From positions 14,746,213-14,810,212 of the forward strand of contig OZ234493.1 of NCBI GenBank assembly GCA_965153455.1: 64,000 nt of DNA. Reading direction: 5' to 3'. The notes below the pieces were generated by a model, which searched no databases, was not told where the DNA came from, and was given only the letters and a program-made list of their open reading frames with translations. Below are positions 51,617 through 64,000 of this stretch, one piece after another; position 1 is the first letter of the stretch; each line of letters starts with the position of its first letter. A program made the translations under genes and the position numbers. The DNA is from Sphagnum compactum (Eukaryota).

Positions 51617-51927
51617 CAGTGTTTCATTAGGAATCTTTGCTTGTGGCCAAAGTGGCGATCATCCATAGGAAGATGTAGACAAAGTGGTGGTCATCATTCC
51701 TAGGAAGATTTATTTGAATCTAGCTATAAGCCAAATCCAAAGTAAAAATCTTTAATCATCCTTCTATACTTTTGGCTATACACACAGCAAAACCAAATTT
51801 GAAAATTTGTTACTAATTTTTTCTCACTTCTGGCAATTGAAAACCTCCAAAAACCTCCAAAATCAGTTCACTATAGAATTTAGAGTTTTGGATATCACTT
51901 TTTCTTCCCTAGTAAAAAAAACGGCTG
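51617..51927. mobile_element. hAT-type MITE (same family)
   Basis: CAGTGTTTC...AAAAACGGCTG ends; 8-bp TSD ATTTGGGT/ATTTGGAT. Confidence 0.8.
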
Positions 51928-54900
51928 ATTTGGATACATGAAATTGTGGGACTCTTGAATGTTGTCTCATGATTGAACACATTATTTGCACAGCTTGGTC
52001 GACATGGTATCTCAGTGTGTACATGTATGCAAAGTTGTAACTCTGAAATCATATTGTGTATGGAACTCTAGTACATGTATGTTATGATTGAACACATTCA
52101 AACAACTTAGTGGACAGCATAATTTTCAAGTGTATATATTATACATTGTCTTCAAATTTGTAACTTCCTTTCTTGTGTGCATCATAATTTGCATGGATTG
52201 ATTCACCGTTCATTCACTCAAAGAGAGATGAAATCATTTGAATCTCTTGGTAGAGCTTGGCTTGGTACACAACATGCATTTCAGGGTGGTTTTGGCAGCA
52301 AACCTGGAAAATGCAAGCTATGCTTTCAAACATGAGGGGGTACACTTATTTTGTGCACATGAAGTCATTGAGTATTTTACAGCTTGTTGTTGTGTGAACC
52401 TGCAGTTACATACCAAATTATAAGGGTCACACATCTTTCGGTATGAATGGAAATTTGGGGATCAAGAACATCAAGCTGTTCCATTTGAAATTATGACAAA
52501 ATAGCTATACACTAGAAAGGACATGCAAAGACATAGAGAGGTATTGTGAAGGACATGTGAAATAACGCATCATGTTTTGAATTGTTAAATGCATTAAAAT
52601 CATACTTGGTTAAATCACCTTCATCTATTTCCTTTTTTTTCTCCTTTTTTTTTTCCTTTTTCTTTGGATTTTTTTGCTCTAGACTCGTTCTTGGTTTCAA
52701 AACTTTTGGGACTTCTCTTTCCCATTTTTTCACCAAATTCATTTGCATTAATATCATCTTGCAATTTTTCCTTTTTCTAATCAACACATTATGATGTTTA
52801 TACTGGCATAATATTGTAAATTGCAATGTTTTGTGGTTGGTAATCATGGTTGCAATTGCCAAAGCTATTACTGTTAGGTTCTTCAAATAAATACCCATTG
52901 GAAAGAATACTTGGAAATTACCCAAAGTCCTTCTCAATTAAATTACATTTGAAATGCTATATAAACACCCAAAAACTCTCTAAAAATAATAAATCATAAT
53001 AAATAAATAAATAAATAAGCTCCAAGAACAACTTCACTCATCTTTTTTGGCATGGTCATAATTCCTTCTTCCATTAAAATTTTCTCATGCCTTGGTGTAT
53101 AGAGCGTATACACGATGGATGATAACCAATTGAATGATGGATGCAGCACCTAGGTATTACATTAGCATAGGGAAAACACTCTCAACCATGCAAGCTTCAG
53201 TTAGTGCAAAAGAATTATTTTCTTTTAGTGTAGGATGGACATTTATGTATCTTAAGGTGCGAGATTTAGCAATAGACTAAATGGGAATAGTGTTTGAAAA
53301 GATGAATCTAGATGTATATATTGGGTAGGTTTCATACCTGAACTATAACTTGAATACACCTAAGTTAATCGTGCCCACGAATGTGTTCCCCTAAAGACAT
53401 ATGTGCACCTAAAACTTGGCTTAGCATTCCTTTGTAGCTAATTTACTACCACCATTCTATATTTAATCTGCATAATTAAGAATGGGTGATCACATCAGTG
53501 CTTCACCTTCCCATAGTGTTGCTCCAAGGTGTTAGCCCAAATTTTAAGCAAAAAGATTAACATGAGCCATGTTGTGAATCAGCATTGCATTATTTTTTTT
53601 AACTTCATAAGTTTTGCTTGAGAGTACCACATTTGATAGGACTTGTTGTATTTGGACAAAAATTTGAAAAACTACGTTGCTATGTATGGTTAAATCACCT
53701 AGATAATATAGATACAAATGCTTTGCATACAATCAAGTTCTCTAGTTGCTATGTTGCTTTTGCACTCTACAACTTAATTGCATGCAAAGCATTGTATCTT
53801 TATTATCTGACCATGGAGAATCAAGAAATGAGTCTAAGACAAACACATCACCGATTTCTAATGTCACAAAACATAGAAAGTTTCCATGGTTGCATACTTA
53901 AAATTATTAGACCAACCCACCTGTAGTATGCAAACAAGGTTTATAGTACTAGTGGAGAGAATATACACATACATAGAAGGTCTATGGAATGTGCTTCTGC
54001 CTAGGAATGAAGAATAGCCAATATGGCTAATGAGATTGTTTAGAATGGGCACCTTGAATTGTTTTAACTTCAATAAAGTGGACCTTACGTATTGTAATAG
54101 CCTCATAGTCTTGTGCCTAGGTGCAAAGAAAATCTTTTTATTCAAGGAAATTGTTCAAATACCAGGTGGCTTGAATTGTTTTGAAACATTGCCTTAGTGA
54201 ACTAGTTCTTACATGTTGCATGCCAAAAAGACATGCAAATTGTAAGGAGCTTTTAACAAGAATTTATAAATTTTATCAAATCATTCTTTTGATTTTACTC
54301 AGAAATTTTCCTCAAGTGCAGAAACCCTGACAACTTCAACCATGAACCATTCTTTGATTTTGCTCAGAAGCTTTTCTCAAGTGCAGAAAACCTTAATAAC
54401 TTCAACCGTGAACATCCACCCTCCCCCAAAGAGAAACTTTATTGCCCATGAAATTGTTCAAATAGGTCTTGGTGAACTGGTACTTCACCCAAGCCAACAA
54501 ACCCTAGTATCTCTGTATACAATCTCAACTTTGCAATATCCTTCCCCATACTAAACATGCAGGGTTCTAACACATTACTTGTGCTGTTTGTTTTAATTTT
54601 TACCCAGACTCAAAAGTAATTCAGATGTTTCCTCAGACCATTAGATACATCAAAAACACAAACCCATTCATTGATGTTAATGCAATGTACATTCTTGACT
54701 GGTTCCATTACATAGCTAACTCATGTAAACAGAGCTTCATGAATAGCTCCACTTACATGAATGTAGACCAACCGCAAACTGTAAACCTTAAACCCTGATA
54801 ACTTCAGTAATTCAGATTTCAGAGCTGAAAGCGCCATCAAAAGGAATCCAATAAGGCATGAAACAAGATGAAGTAGCTTGGAGGTCAGGGATTAGAACTT

Positions 54901-55075
54901 TGGGGTTAAGGATTGCCTGTACAATTCATTCCATCAACTGTTACATTAAATAGCAATATGTCTGCAGCTATGTGAGAAATCTAAAGGCCTCTCTGTTAGT
55001 TTATGATACAGAAATGCAAAGCATCTTGAGTTTCAGAAGGACAATAAAATCTATGTGATATTCCTTTCAGCCTTC

Positions 55076-58000
55076 TCAAGTCAAAACCTGATGCTTTACC
55101 TTGGAAGATGGTGATTGTAAGCCAAAGGATTGCCGCCTTCGCACTGCCTCCAGTTTCTCACCAGCAGCTAACTGTGATGGGACAAACTGCATAGTTGCAG
55201 TAGTGGAACAGGCTGGGACCCTGACTGACAGCTCCTTCTGAGAGTTCCAGACAGAGGGTCGAAGCCTGGGAAGAGACATGACTCTGAGAGGTGTGGAACT
55301 GCCAGTCGCTACTTCATGAAGGACAGCTGCAACAGTGGCATGAGCAGCCACATCTGCAACAGCATCAGCAAACCCATGTGAGGCTTGTTTTAAATAAAGC
55401 TGATGAGATGGAGGCCCTTTGGATTTGCTGCCAATGATCATGGGAGTTTGTTCATTTGATGCAGGAGGCATCATTGCTGGTGCATTGGCTTGTGATGCAT
55501 CATGCACACAACCAGGAGTCTGATCCCGCCACACAAATCCAGGGGAGGGTGTAACAAGAGCATGCTCCCCCATCCCTGCTTTTCTCTTTATTGACTTTCC
55601 TCTTGGAGGCCTTGCTTGGAAGCATGAAGTTTTCAAAGCACTGAAAGCTTTCACAGCAAGTGGGTTGTGATTATCCCTCTCAACAGGAGCTGTGAACAAA
55701 TGGGCACCATTCTGTTCATTTCTTGAACCAGTTGCAGGACCACCCTGCTAGTAACAATAGATCCATTAGCAAGGGAAGAACAGCTGCCAGAAAGCAGAAA
55801 GTAACTTGTGATAAGTGTCAACTTATAGAATACATGTACCCCATCTTTATCTATCTAACCTACAATACCCAAGGAGAGTTCCAATGTGAGACAAGAACAA
55901 TTTTCCTACTGTTGTTGAACAGCCAGCAAAAGGTACAAAGATGAAATCAAGTCAGGTTCATCATGCAGTGTGGAAAACGTACCACACACGTCTCAAAAAC
56001 TTTCTCCAAGCAAGCACCCTGGTCAGCATGAGAACTTGTTTTGGGCAGCAAAGCTCTGGGAACCTCTTCTTGTGTGGCAACAGTGCAGGCACTTGCAGAC
56101 CCAACTCTTGCTGGCCCCATAGATCCCGGTGTGCGATGTGCTGATGGAGCAGTTGCTGGAGTTGGCCCACAAGATGCCACAGCTGCTGCCACCTTTGTTC
56201 GTGCCTTACTGGCCTCATGTTTCTGGATGTCATAGAGGAGCTCCTTGTGTAGCTGCTTATCAGCCACCAATATTTCCTCCATTTCATTTTTGTAGTCCTT
56301 AAGCATCACACGCATACTCTCCATAAGAAGCCCAAGAAGGGGACTGTTCTTGCTTTCAAGGAGCCTGTGCCCATTGAAAATAAATGAACTCAAGTTACAA
56401 TGGCAGAGTCCCAAGCTTGGCACAGAAGATACAATCGGCATCTCTCCTAAGACAAGGAACATGAACAAACTGAAAAATTAGCTAAAATTCCATACCTCTT
56501 GAGCTCTATGAATATGGGAATTGCATTTTGCACCAGATTCTTTTTCATCAATTGAGTTACTATACGCCCTTTGGCAGCAGCCACTCCAGCTGCTGCTTCT
56601 CCTTCTTCATCATCAACATTGGCCCCACCATTAGATGCTCGATGTCCAGCTACTCGTCGTAGCTCCTTAGAAGCCAATATCCGCAAAGCATCCTACACAG
56701 ATCATATAATGAAGCCAGACTTTTTTATATTACAAGCCACCTATTTCAAGTTTCACTTGGTCAAAACACCAACTCTGTTCAACTCTTTAGTCTCATTTTG
56801 AATGCTACAGCATTGAAAGCTGGTCAGATGGTTCACAACCTGAAGCACACCCTGTGCATTGACATCATTCAGGTCCAGAACACCATCAGCTGCACCTGCC
56901 AGAATCTCAGCACAAAGCTTAGCTGAGGTGGCTAGCAAATGCTCAGGAGCCATCTGCTGCAACAATGCAGTATATATATTCATACGTTTGCTGGACATAG
57001 TTTCATGATTCCCTCTGCAACAGACAATGAAAACATTACAATGAGCATTGCCACATGATACCAACCAATAGTTTGACTAATGCATTAAAAACACAAGCAC
57101 CTCCAAAGTTTGTAATTGGAGTACATCAGTGGTGACAGGCATTGAAAGCAGAAGATCAACTACCAAAACCTTAGAAATCTATATAGATCATTGATATTGG
57201 TGAGTAGAAGACTAACTACTGGCTCCTTTAACTTTAGGGTAGAGAGAGAATGAAAAAAACCTAAGAGAAAACAGCTTCCGTTCACTCTCAGAGGTTGGAA
57301 GGGCTGTGCTGAAGCCTGAATGTGACCGACAGTCATTCAAAACAAAGATAGCCTCCACAAAGCTATTGTAAGCCAGTAATGGTGCCTTTGCTGCAACAAT
57401 GAGTGTTAAAGATTAGGCTCTGCAGTGGTCCACACATCTGCTGTGTTACGGGCCATCTTACAAAAAACTCAAGTCAGTGACATATGCTCAAAGTATATCA
57501 TTTATCCCTAGTCTTTGATTTCAAAGAGAAATCTAACATGATGGGCCTGCAGAGGCATAGAGTCTCACTTTTAAGTATACTCTTGAACAGGAAGTTGGCC
57601 AGTTCACATATTTTGGGAGAGTCATCAACAATTGCAAGCAAGAACTGGTGAAAGAGAACACCCCTCCACTTTACATAGTCTCTCTGCAAAGGGCATAGCA
57701 TCAATTAGTCTACAAGTGTAGACAACATGCAGTCTTCACCTTTGCTGCTCCCTCTTTATGGTTGGTTCTAGGGCTGCACTAACCCCACCCTTACCCCAGC
57801 TAAATTGATATTGCAATCACAATAGCCAAAAAGAAAGGCTCCTTTAGGATAAGCATTGCAAGAAGAGAGTTTCAGGGACTATGGAGCACCTGCAGCAGTC
57901 TTGCAAGGAGAATGAATGCCTGGCGTCGCACTACCTCACAGCCATCCCGCAAGACCTTAGTAAGCTTGTGTACATACCTGAAGAAACACCAAAAAATTTA

Positions 58001-61000
58001 GCCCTTGTCTCAGAAGACCATGGGCACTTCAGTGATTTGTACTAGTGTTGAAAACATCACCAACTCCATGGACTTGACATATCTGACAAATTCCATGAAA
58101 TTAGGATATGAAATCAACCACTGATCAAGAGTTCATTCTAGAGGTCTGGAAGGCCTTGGCCCCAAGAGCATACCCATCAACGAGAATTGGATATCGCACA
58201 AAGAAATCAGTCATGGCCTGTGTGATGTTGTTGCGAACTGCTGCTAATCCAGACCTTTCAAGCTCCTGCAAGACCAGCAGTTCTGTGAGCTTGCATCGGA
58301 TTTCACAGAGAAAGGGCAAATCAGAAAGCAACATGATATCTATGAAAGCCGCTCAGTTCTCTTGCCTGGAAAAAAAAAGGAATGCAGCGCTTGGCAAGGT
58401 CTTCATCTGCAAGGCACAGCTTGCTGAGGGCAACCCATGCTTGAACACACACTTCAGGTGACACCTTCCCAAGAAAATGAACACCTTCAGCTTCACTTCC
58501 ATTGTTTTCCTTTCCTGGCAGAGACTTCTTTGGAATGACCAGTGCTTGTAAGATCGTGACAAGTGGACCTGCTTTTGCTGTGGGACAGACCACAGCAAGA
58601 GCCCCAACAGTGAAAATTGCTGTCACCACTTGGCCAGAGAAGGCAGCTGAATGTGAGTCTATACGTCCTGTTGCAGGTGTCTCAAAACCCTTCTTGCCTT
58701 TGCTTTGACTCTGAGTTGAAGCCCCACTCTGACATGGTGGCATTCGATTTTCCCCCAAAGCTTGAGATTGCCGGCCACTTTTCATTAGGGGTGTGGGCTT
58801 TTCAGCTGAGACACCTGCATGTTGTATCCAAGGAGAGTCACATGTTGAAACATAGGCCTGCAAAAGGGTCCCAGCTTTATCAAGCAGTTGATAAACCCAC
58901 ACAGTGACCAGCTCCTGCCCTTCCTCCATCGATACTGCCTTCTTTTTGCTGAGTGTTGTCAATGCCTCCACATGCGCCCATACCTGCAGTGTGATATTGC
59001 AGACTCACATCGTAGAATTGGGAAGAGAAAAACCAATATGTCATCTACAAACACTCTATGCAATAGAGAGCAGAGGACACTTTGCTCAATCAACTGACTG
59101 CAAATGCAACCCATCTCAGGGTTCCTATCCCTGCTGCCTGACTATATGCCATCTACAACAACTGGATTCCCAATGCTGAGAAAAGCCCTAGAATATCCTC
59201 CAGTAGAGTTGTCAAAATTACAAAGACTTTAGAAAGTGACCAGCAGCACAGATGAGTACCTCAGCTGTGTGCATGTTGAAGGACTCCAAACGGTCAAGAA
59301 GCTCGCCAGCAAGATCTGCAGCTGCCTCACAAGGAAGCTCAACAGCCACATTTGCAACTGTCTGAAGAAGATGAACACGGTCTGCAGCCCACACAGCTGA
59401 CTCACCATCATGGGCATCATCACAGGTAGGGATTGTTTGATTGGTCTCTTCTTGTCCAGATTGCCTACCAATACCTGCAAATGGGTTTGAGACATCAAAT
59501 TCCAGTCAGAATTGGAGAGAAATCAAAATGTCTGTCATCCATGTCTCTTCAAAAGATAAAGACCACATGTTACTCAAAATTACCCTCTCAGGCACTTTGC
59601 CCCCAACACATCGCTAGTACACACACATTTAGTACTGCTGTTACTAACCATGATTGTCTAGAAGCTGCCAACGTGTTCGCAGGAAGTCCCAGCTGACAGC
59701 CTTGGGGACAAATGCTGACACTTCAGAGAGCAAGAACCATGCTCCACGTGGAGCAAGCAAATTTGCCTGTTTTCCTTCCGGAAAACCATGATCTGGATCA
59801 GATATCAAGGACTGCAGTGCAAGGGCAATTTCAGCATGCAGGCGACCTTGCCGTCCAAGGCTTGTACAGGCACGTTTAACTACAGAGGAAATGGTACTGT
59901 CATCTGCAATCTCCTTCAACAACATCAAGACTGGTCTTGACAAATCTTCCCCTTCCCTACTCCCAAAAACTTCAGTGGCTTTCTTCCTGCTCAAGGACCA
60001 CCCAGACTGCAATCTGCCTACTGTAGCTCTCTTACAACAGATTGAGGCAACACGATCTAGGACTAGTTCATGGAACAATTCCAGGCATTCCTCTTGCAGT
60101 GACACCTCGTTATCAAGAGCAAGAGGTAGAGCTGACTTGAGCCACTCAGATGAGGACCGCTTGTCCAGTGGATACCTCCGTACCACCTGCTTCCCCAGCC
60201 ACAATGGTTCCATTTTCACCAGTTCTTAAAACAAAGGTTCAAGTAATGAGTGAGAAAGCTGGCACAAGGTCTTTGATCTCCTCCACAGCAGAGTGAGCCA
60301 GACAGATACCTTCTAAGATTTCCATCATGAACATTGGAATATTGGAAGAGATAGGCCACACCTCAGAAAGTGCTGCAAGTGCTGATTTGCGGATGCTAAC
60401 CATTGTGTCCCCACATGCTGCACCCATGGCTTCAACAATATCACCATCCGGGGGTCTCCCCAACAGAGAGGCTGACTTCTTCATCAAAACTAGAGCAGCC
60501 TTACGCACAGCAGCCTTGCTATCCAGGCAGCGTTGCAGCATCAGCAACCCCAGATCTCTGCAACTACTCCAACCAAAGAATCAGAAAGCACATTGGCAAG
60601 TGGACACCAGCAAACTCCAACATTACACAGTACTTGGGCTGCAACAAGGTCATCAGACAAATGGTGCAAACAATACCTGGAACCTGTAGAAGACAAGACA
60701 TGGTTTGCAATGCCTGGAGTTGGTGTTTTAGCAGAGGAACTGTGTGTCATCTTGTTGTCATGTGCTGTTCTCCCTCTGCACCTAGTTATGAATCCCAGTA
60801 GTGTCTGCAGGTGCATGTGATAGCTGCTCTCTTTAGCAAGAACCTCAATAGCCTGAGCTAAGTTGGAGATGGATCGAGCTCTCACAGAAGGAAGTTTGTC
60901 TGAAGAGCGGTCCAAGAGAATCTGTAGACATGTACATCCCCATCCCTCATTCTCAGCATCCCCATGCAAGCTGGTTGGTGATTTCCTGCGTGCACTGTTC

Positions 61001-62400
61001 TCCAACAGCCCCGCTGAGCCATCTTCCTCAAGTGGCACTGTTGTGGGATTTCCTGCTACAAAGGGGTCTGACAATCCCATAAGGAGAGCAAGGGACATGT
61101 CAACAGCAAACAGGCGGCGTTGTGCCTTGGAGCGAGAGAACCGATAAAGAAAGCTGGCAAATTGGCACCAATCCCCATATGACAGGGCTCGTAAAAGCGT
61201 CAAGACGGCATCAACAGCAACTTGCCGTCCATCTGTTCTCTCAGGAGCCTTGAAGCAGAGGTAATGACAAAAAGCATTCACAGCTTCTCGCATTGAACTA
61301 GAGCCTGACCCTAAAAGTTGCTGTTTCACAAACTGCAGAGCAGCAGCTTTGACCTGTGCTTGTTGATGAGCAGTTCCTTCAGTGTGACTGAGAAGGAAAA
61401 TTGGAGAAACTGCTCGAAGAATCAGTACTACCGTGGCCAAGGGATCACCATGCACAGATGCTAGTAGGGTTTCCAGCATGGCAAACGAGAGAGACAGGAA
61501 GGATGTGGGATGTGACCAAGATGTTTGGGGGGATGAACGCCTGTGCTCCGAGTCTTCCTCCGTCCCAGATGATACTAAGAGGGGCACGTCCACCAGAAGA
61601 GCTATAAGAGCCTTCAGACTCTCCTGGTGCTCCTTGAAATGCAGCAGCTGGAGAGTGCATTGCAAACTCACCAGAACAGGCAGGACCTCCTGTGCATCCA
61701 CGGCTGCTGATGCTTCTTGGCCCTCAACGCTTGAGTCGTCTGCTAATGGTTGTTGCTGCCTTTCCTTTGAGGTCACTTTCTTCCCTTTTCTGGTTCCCTT
61801 TCTATTCCTTTCAGCAGATCCATTGCGTTTTTCAGAAGCTACATCTCTGTTGTTGCCATGGCTTTTAGTTTGTTTGCAAGAAGCTCGCACACAACGAAGG
61901 AGAGAGTTGAAAGCAACAGGGCAGAAAAGACTGTACAGCGGACAATCGGGAGCCGACAACATCCCTACATAAACTCCAGCTGCTTTAATCCCCAACCGAC
62001 CTCCTGCATCCATTCCCGTCCTCAATCCCCGCACAATTGCTTGCAAAGAAACCCGATTCTCCGCGAGTTCCTCCCACAAGCTTCCATCCAAAAAAGCACC
62101 CTCGCTACTACCACTACTACGACCATTGCCGCCCCGCCTACTGCCACTTTTCCTAGAAGACGAGAATTCAAACCCTTGTACACCAGACGATTGCCGGGCG
62201 GTTCCGGAAGATGACGCGACAGGAGGATTGCCGAAGATGCTGTAAAGCTCCAGAACAAGCGCTTCTGATAAACCTGAAGAAGAAGAAGAAGAAGACGCTA
62301 TACCAGTTTCCAACCGCCGATTTGCAACTGCACTCGTCTCCCCTTCCTCTGCCACTCTTTGCAGCAAGGAGCATATACGCTTGATCTCGTCTTCGTCCAT
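55076..62400 (-). CDS. CAP-D3: Condensin-2 complex subunit D3 (HEAT-repeat/Cnd1 domain), ~1712 aa, 13 exons
   Basis: Spliced motifs typical of plant CAP-D3/NCAPD3: RCLDSKAAVRKAAL, WAADRVHLLQ, QAWVALSKLCLADEDLAKRCIPFFFQ|ELERSGLAAVRNN, LLQ|RDYVKWRGVLF, KAPLLAYNSFVEAIFVLN, IPIFIELKR|LLESKNSPL, KDYKNEMEEILVADKQL. Exons (-): 62400-60677, 60557-60362, 60186-59649, 59474-59260, 58983-58366, 58265-58174, 57977-57890, 57683-57569, 57390-57261, 57014-56840, 56692-56496, 56364-55983, 55744-55076. Total 5139 nt, in frame. The last exon's end is less certain. Confidence 0.95.
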
Positions 62401-62593
62401 GTTTTCAACGGCATTCGATGCATACAATATCTAACAAACAAGCAATTGCGAACAAAACAACAGCAAGAAAAGAGAGCTTCTTCTGTGAAGCACGAGCACC
62501 CGACCTTCGCCCTGAAAAAACCCCCCGCGAAATGGGACTTCGTTCCAGCATTCCCGAACAAGTGCGTTGTTGGAAAGCGTATTTGGAAAATAG

Positions 62594-62603
62594 AGCCGTT
62601 GGG
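62594..62603 (-). promoter_or_regulatory. MSA (MYB3R) element upstream of CAP-D3
   Basis: Minus strand CCCAACGGCT matches YCYAACGGYY. A second AACGG core lies at ~62407. Confidence 0.5.
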
Positions 62604-62647
62604 GTAGTGTGATCATGATGATGCTTTTTTTAAATTCAAATATTTTC

Positions 62648-62673
62648 TTCCCGCCATTCATTTTTGGCGGGAA
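62648..62673. promoter_or_regulatory. Inverted pair of E2F-type sites in the CAP-D3 promoter
   Basis: TTCCCGCCA-8nt-TGGCGGGAA perfect inverted repeat, including TTTGGCGG. A further CCCGCGAAA lies near 62525. Located ~250 bp upstream of a cell-cycle gene. Confidence 0.7.
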
Positions 62674-64000
62674 CAATGAACAAGCGTCTTTTTAGTTAGT
62701 GAGATGACGACATTTTAGGCCTCTCTTTACGCCAGGTGAACTTTTTTTTTTTTTTTTTTTTTGGGGTCAATTTTGTGATGTTGCTCAAGTGGCAATCATC
62801 CATAAATATATATTTAGCCAAATTTGGCGATATTCAAGATATGAAATTAAAAAATCTCTTAAGTATCGGGCCTTTCATGTTGTAGGGAATTGTGACAAGT
62901 TTTGGAGATTTTTTTAAAGAAAAAAACGGGAATTTGTGAAAGAATGTTTAAAACATAGAAATTTTGAATTCACACTATATCACTTTGGATTAATGTAGGA
63001 GCTTTTGTCCCCAACGAGATGGGGTACTAAACATTGTCAAATGATTCAATACATACATATAACATATATTTATATGCATTTGCATATAGTTTGCAATGTA
63101 TGTGAATATGATGGATTTGTTTGAATTATATGGTCTCTAACTATTGAGAATATTTGCTTTTATATCTATATTTTGACATTTTTTTTACCATGGAAAACAC
63201 TTATTTTTTATTCTTTTGAATTTTTTTTTTTTTTTTTCATGTGAAGCTTAGTAACATTTTATTACTATTGTTTTTATTATTTACACATGTTTTAAAACCA
63301 CTAGTCATTTAATTCTAAACATCCGTTGAAATGCTAGCCCATGACACGACATCAAAAACATAATTAAAAATCTCACCACTTGGAATTAAAGGGTTTGTGC
63401 AAAATTTCATCGAAAATTGAACACAAAAACAAAACAAAAAGGATATTTTGTGACAAAATTCTCAAACATTTGGAATAAAAGACTCAATATCAAATAAATG
63501 CCCATTTTGATTTTTTTTCCCAACACATTTGGACTCCAAGTTCAATTTGATACATTTTTTCAATTGGGTTTTTTTACTATTTAGATAGGTTTTAAAAACT
63601 GATGGTCATTTAGTTATGAATATTTGAATGTTCAAATCTAATCGATCAAGTTTAAGTTCTTCTTCCATTGACATCAAGGAGATAACATCCATTTTAGAGT
63701 TGAAGGGGTCTATACAAAAATGAAACAATTTCTTACATATGAAATTCAAAAGTATTTCAAAATGATTGAATCGTGTGAGAGTTTTTGATTGAGAGCTTGC
63801 CTTCCAATTGTTTCCACTAATTATTGATGTTAGACATCTATGAGGTTTGCTAGCAATAAGCTTAGAAAACTTTTATTTAATTTCATTTGTTGAAGTTTAT
63901 TTCTAGAAGTTGGGTTAAAGGAAGGACTTTTTATGAAATGGTTGGCCTTATGCAACAACAAAGAATAAGAAAGTTTGTCATCTAAAAGAAAGAATACGGG

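Noticed and set aside
52512..52937. 141-aa Lys/Glu-rich ORF
   Set aside because: Produced by poly-T low-complexity DNA in degraded TE-like sequence.
62401..62427. ORF-track start of CAP-D3 at 62427
   Set aside because: That codon is TTG; the first in-frame ATG (MDEDEIK) is at 62400.
60327..62607. Several plus-strand ORFs (up to 179 aa) over CAP-D3
   Set aside because: Antisense shadows of the long CAP-D3 exons.

Overview
AT-rich eukaryotic (land plant) genomic DNA, most likely a bryophyte; the repeat landscape resembles Sphagnum peat moss (inference, no search run). Two spliced protein-coding genes can be fully modelled by hand. One is a 7-exon GARP/G2-like (SHLQMY-type) MYB-related transcription factor on + (41569-45394, ~720 aa, EAR-like motifs, probable long uORF-rich leader). 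The other is the 13-exon condensin II subunit CAP-D3 on - (62400-55076, ~1712 aa, one GC-AG intron, E2F and MSA sites in its promoter). The first ~39 kb has no intact gene. It holds decayed hAT transposases, hAT/CACTA/Tourist-like non-autonomous elements and a solo LTR, interspersed with non-repeat, GC-richer 'islands'. The most unusual signal is that two islands (16.9-17.7 kb and 28.2-29.4 kb) are diverged inverted paralogs keeping short blocks, including a TGTCTG-N4-CAGACA palindrome. A separate GGCCAGAGTGAACC-like motif recurs in several other islands. Together these may be an undescribed long-range cis-regulatory or ncRNA landscape for the GARP gene. All alignments were done by eye.
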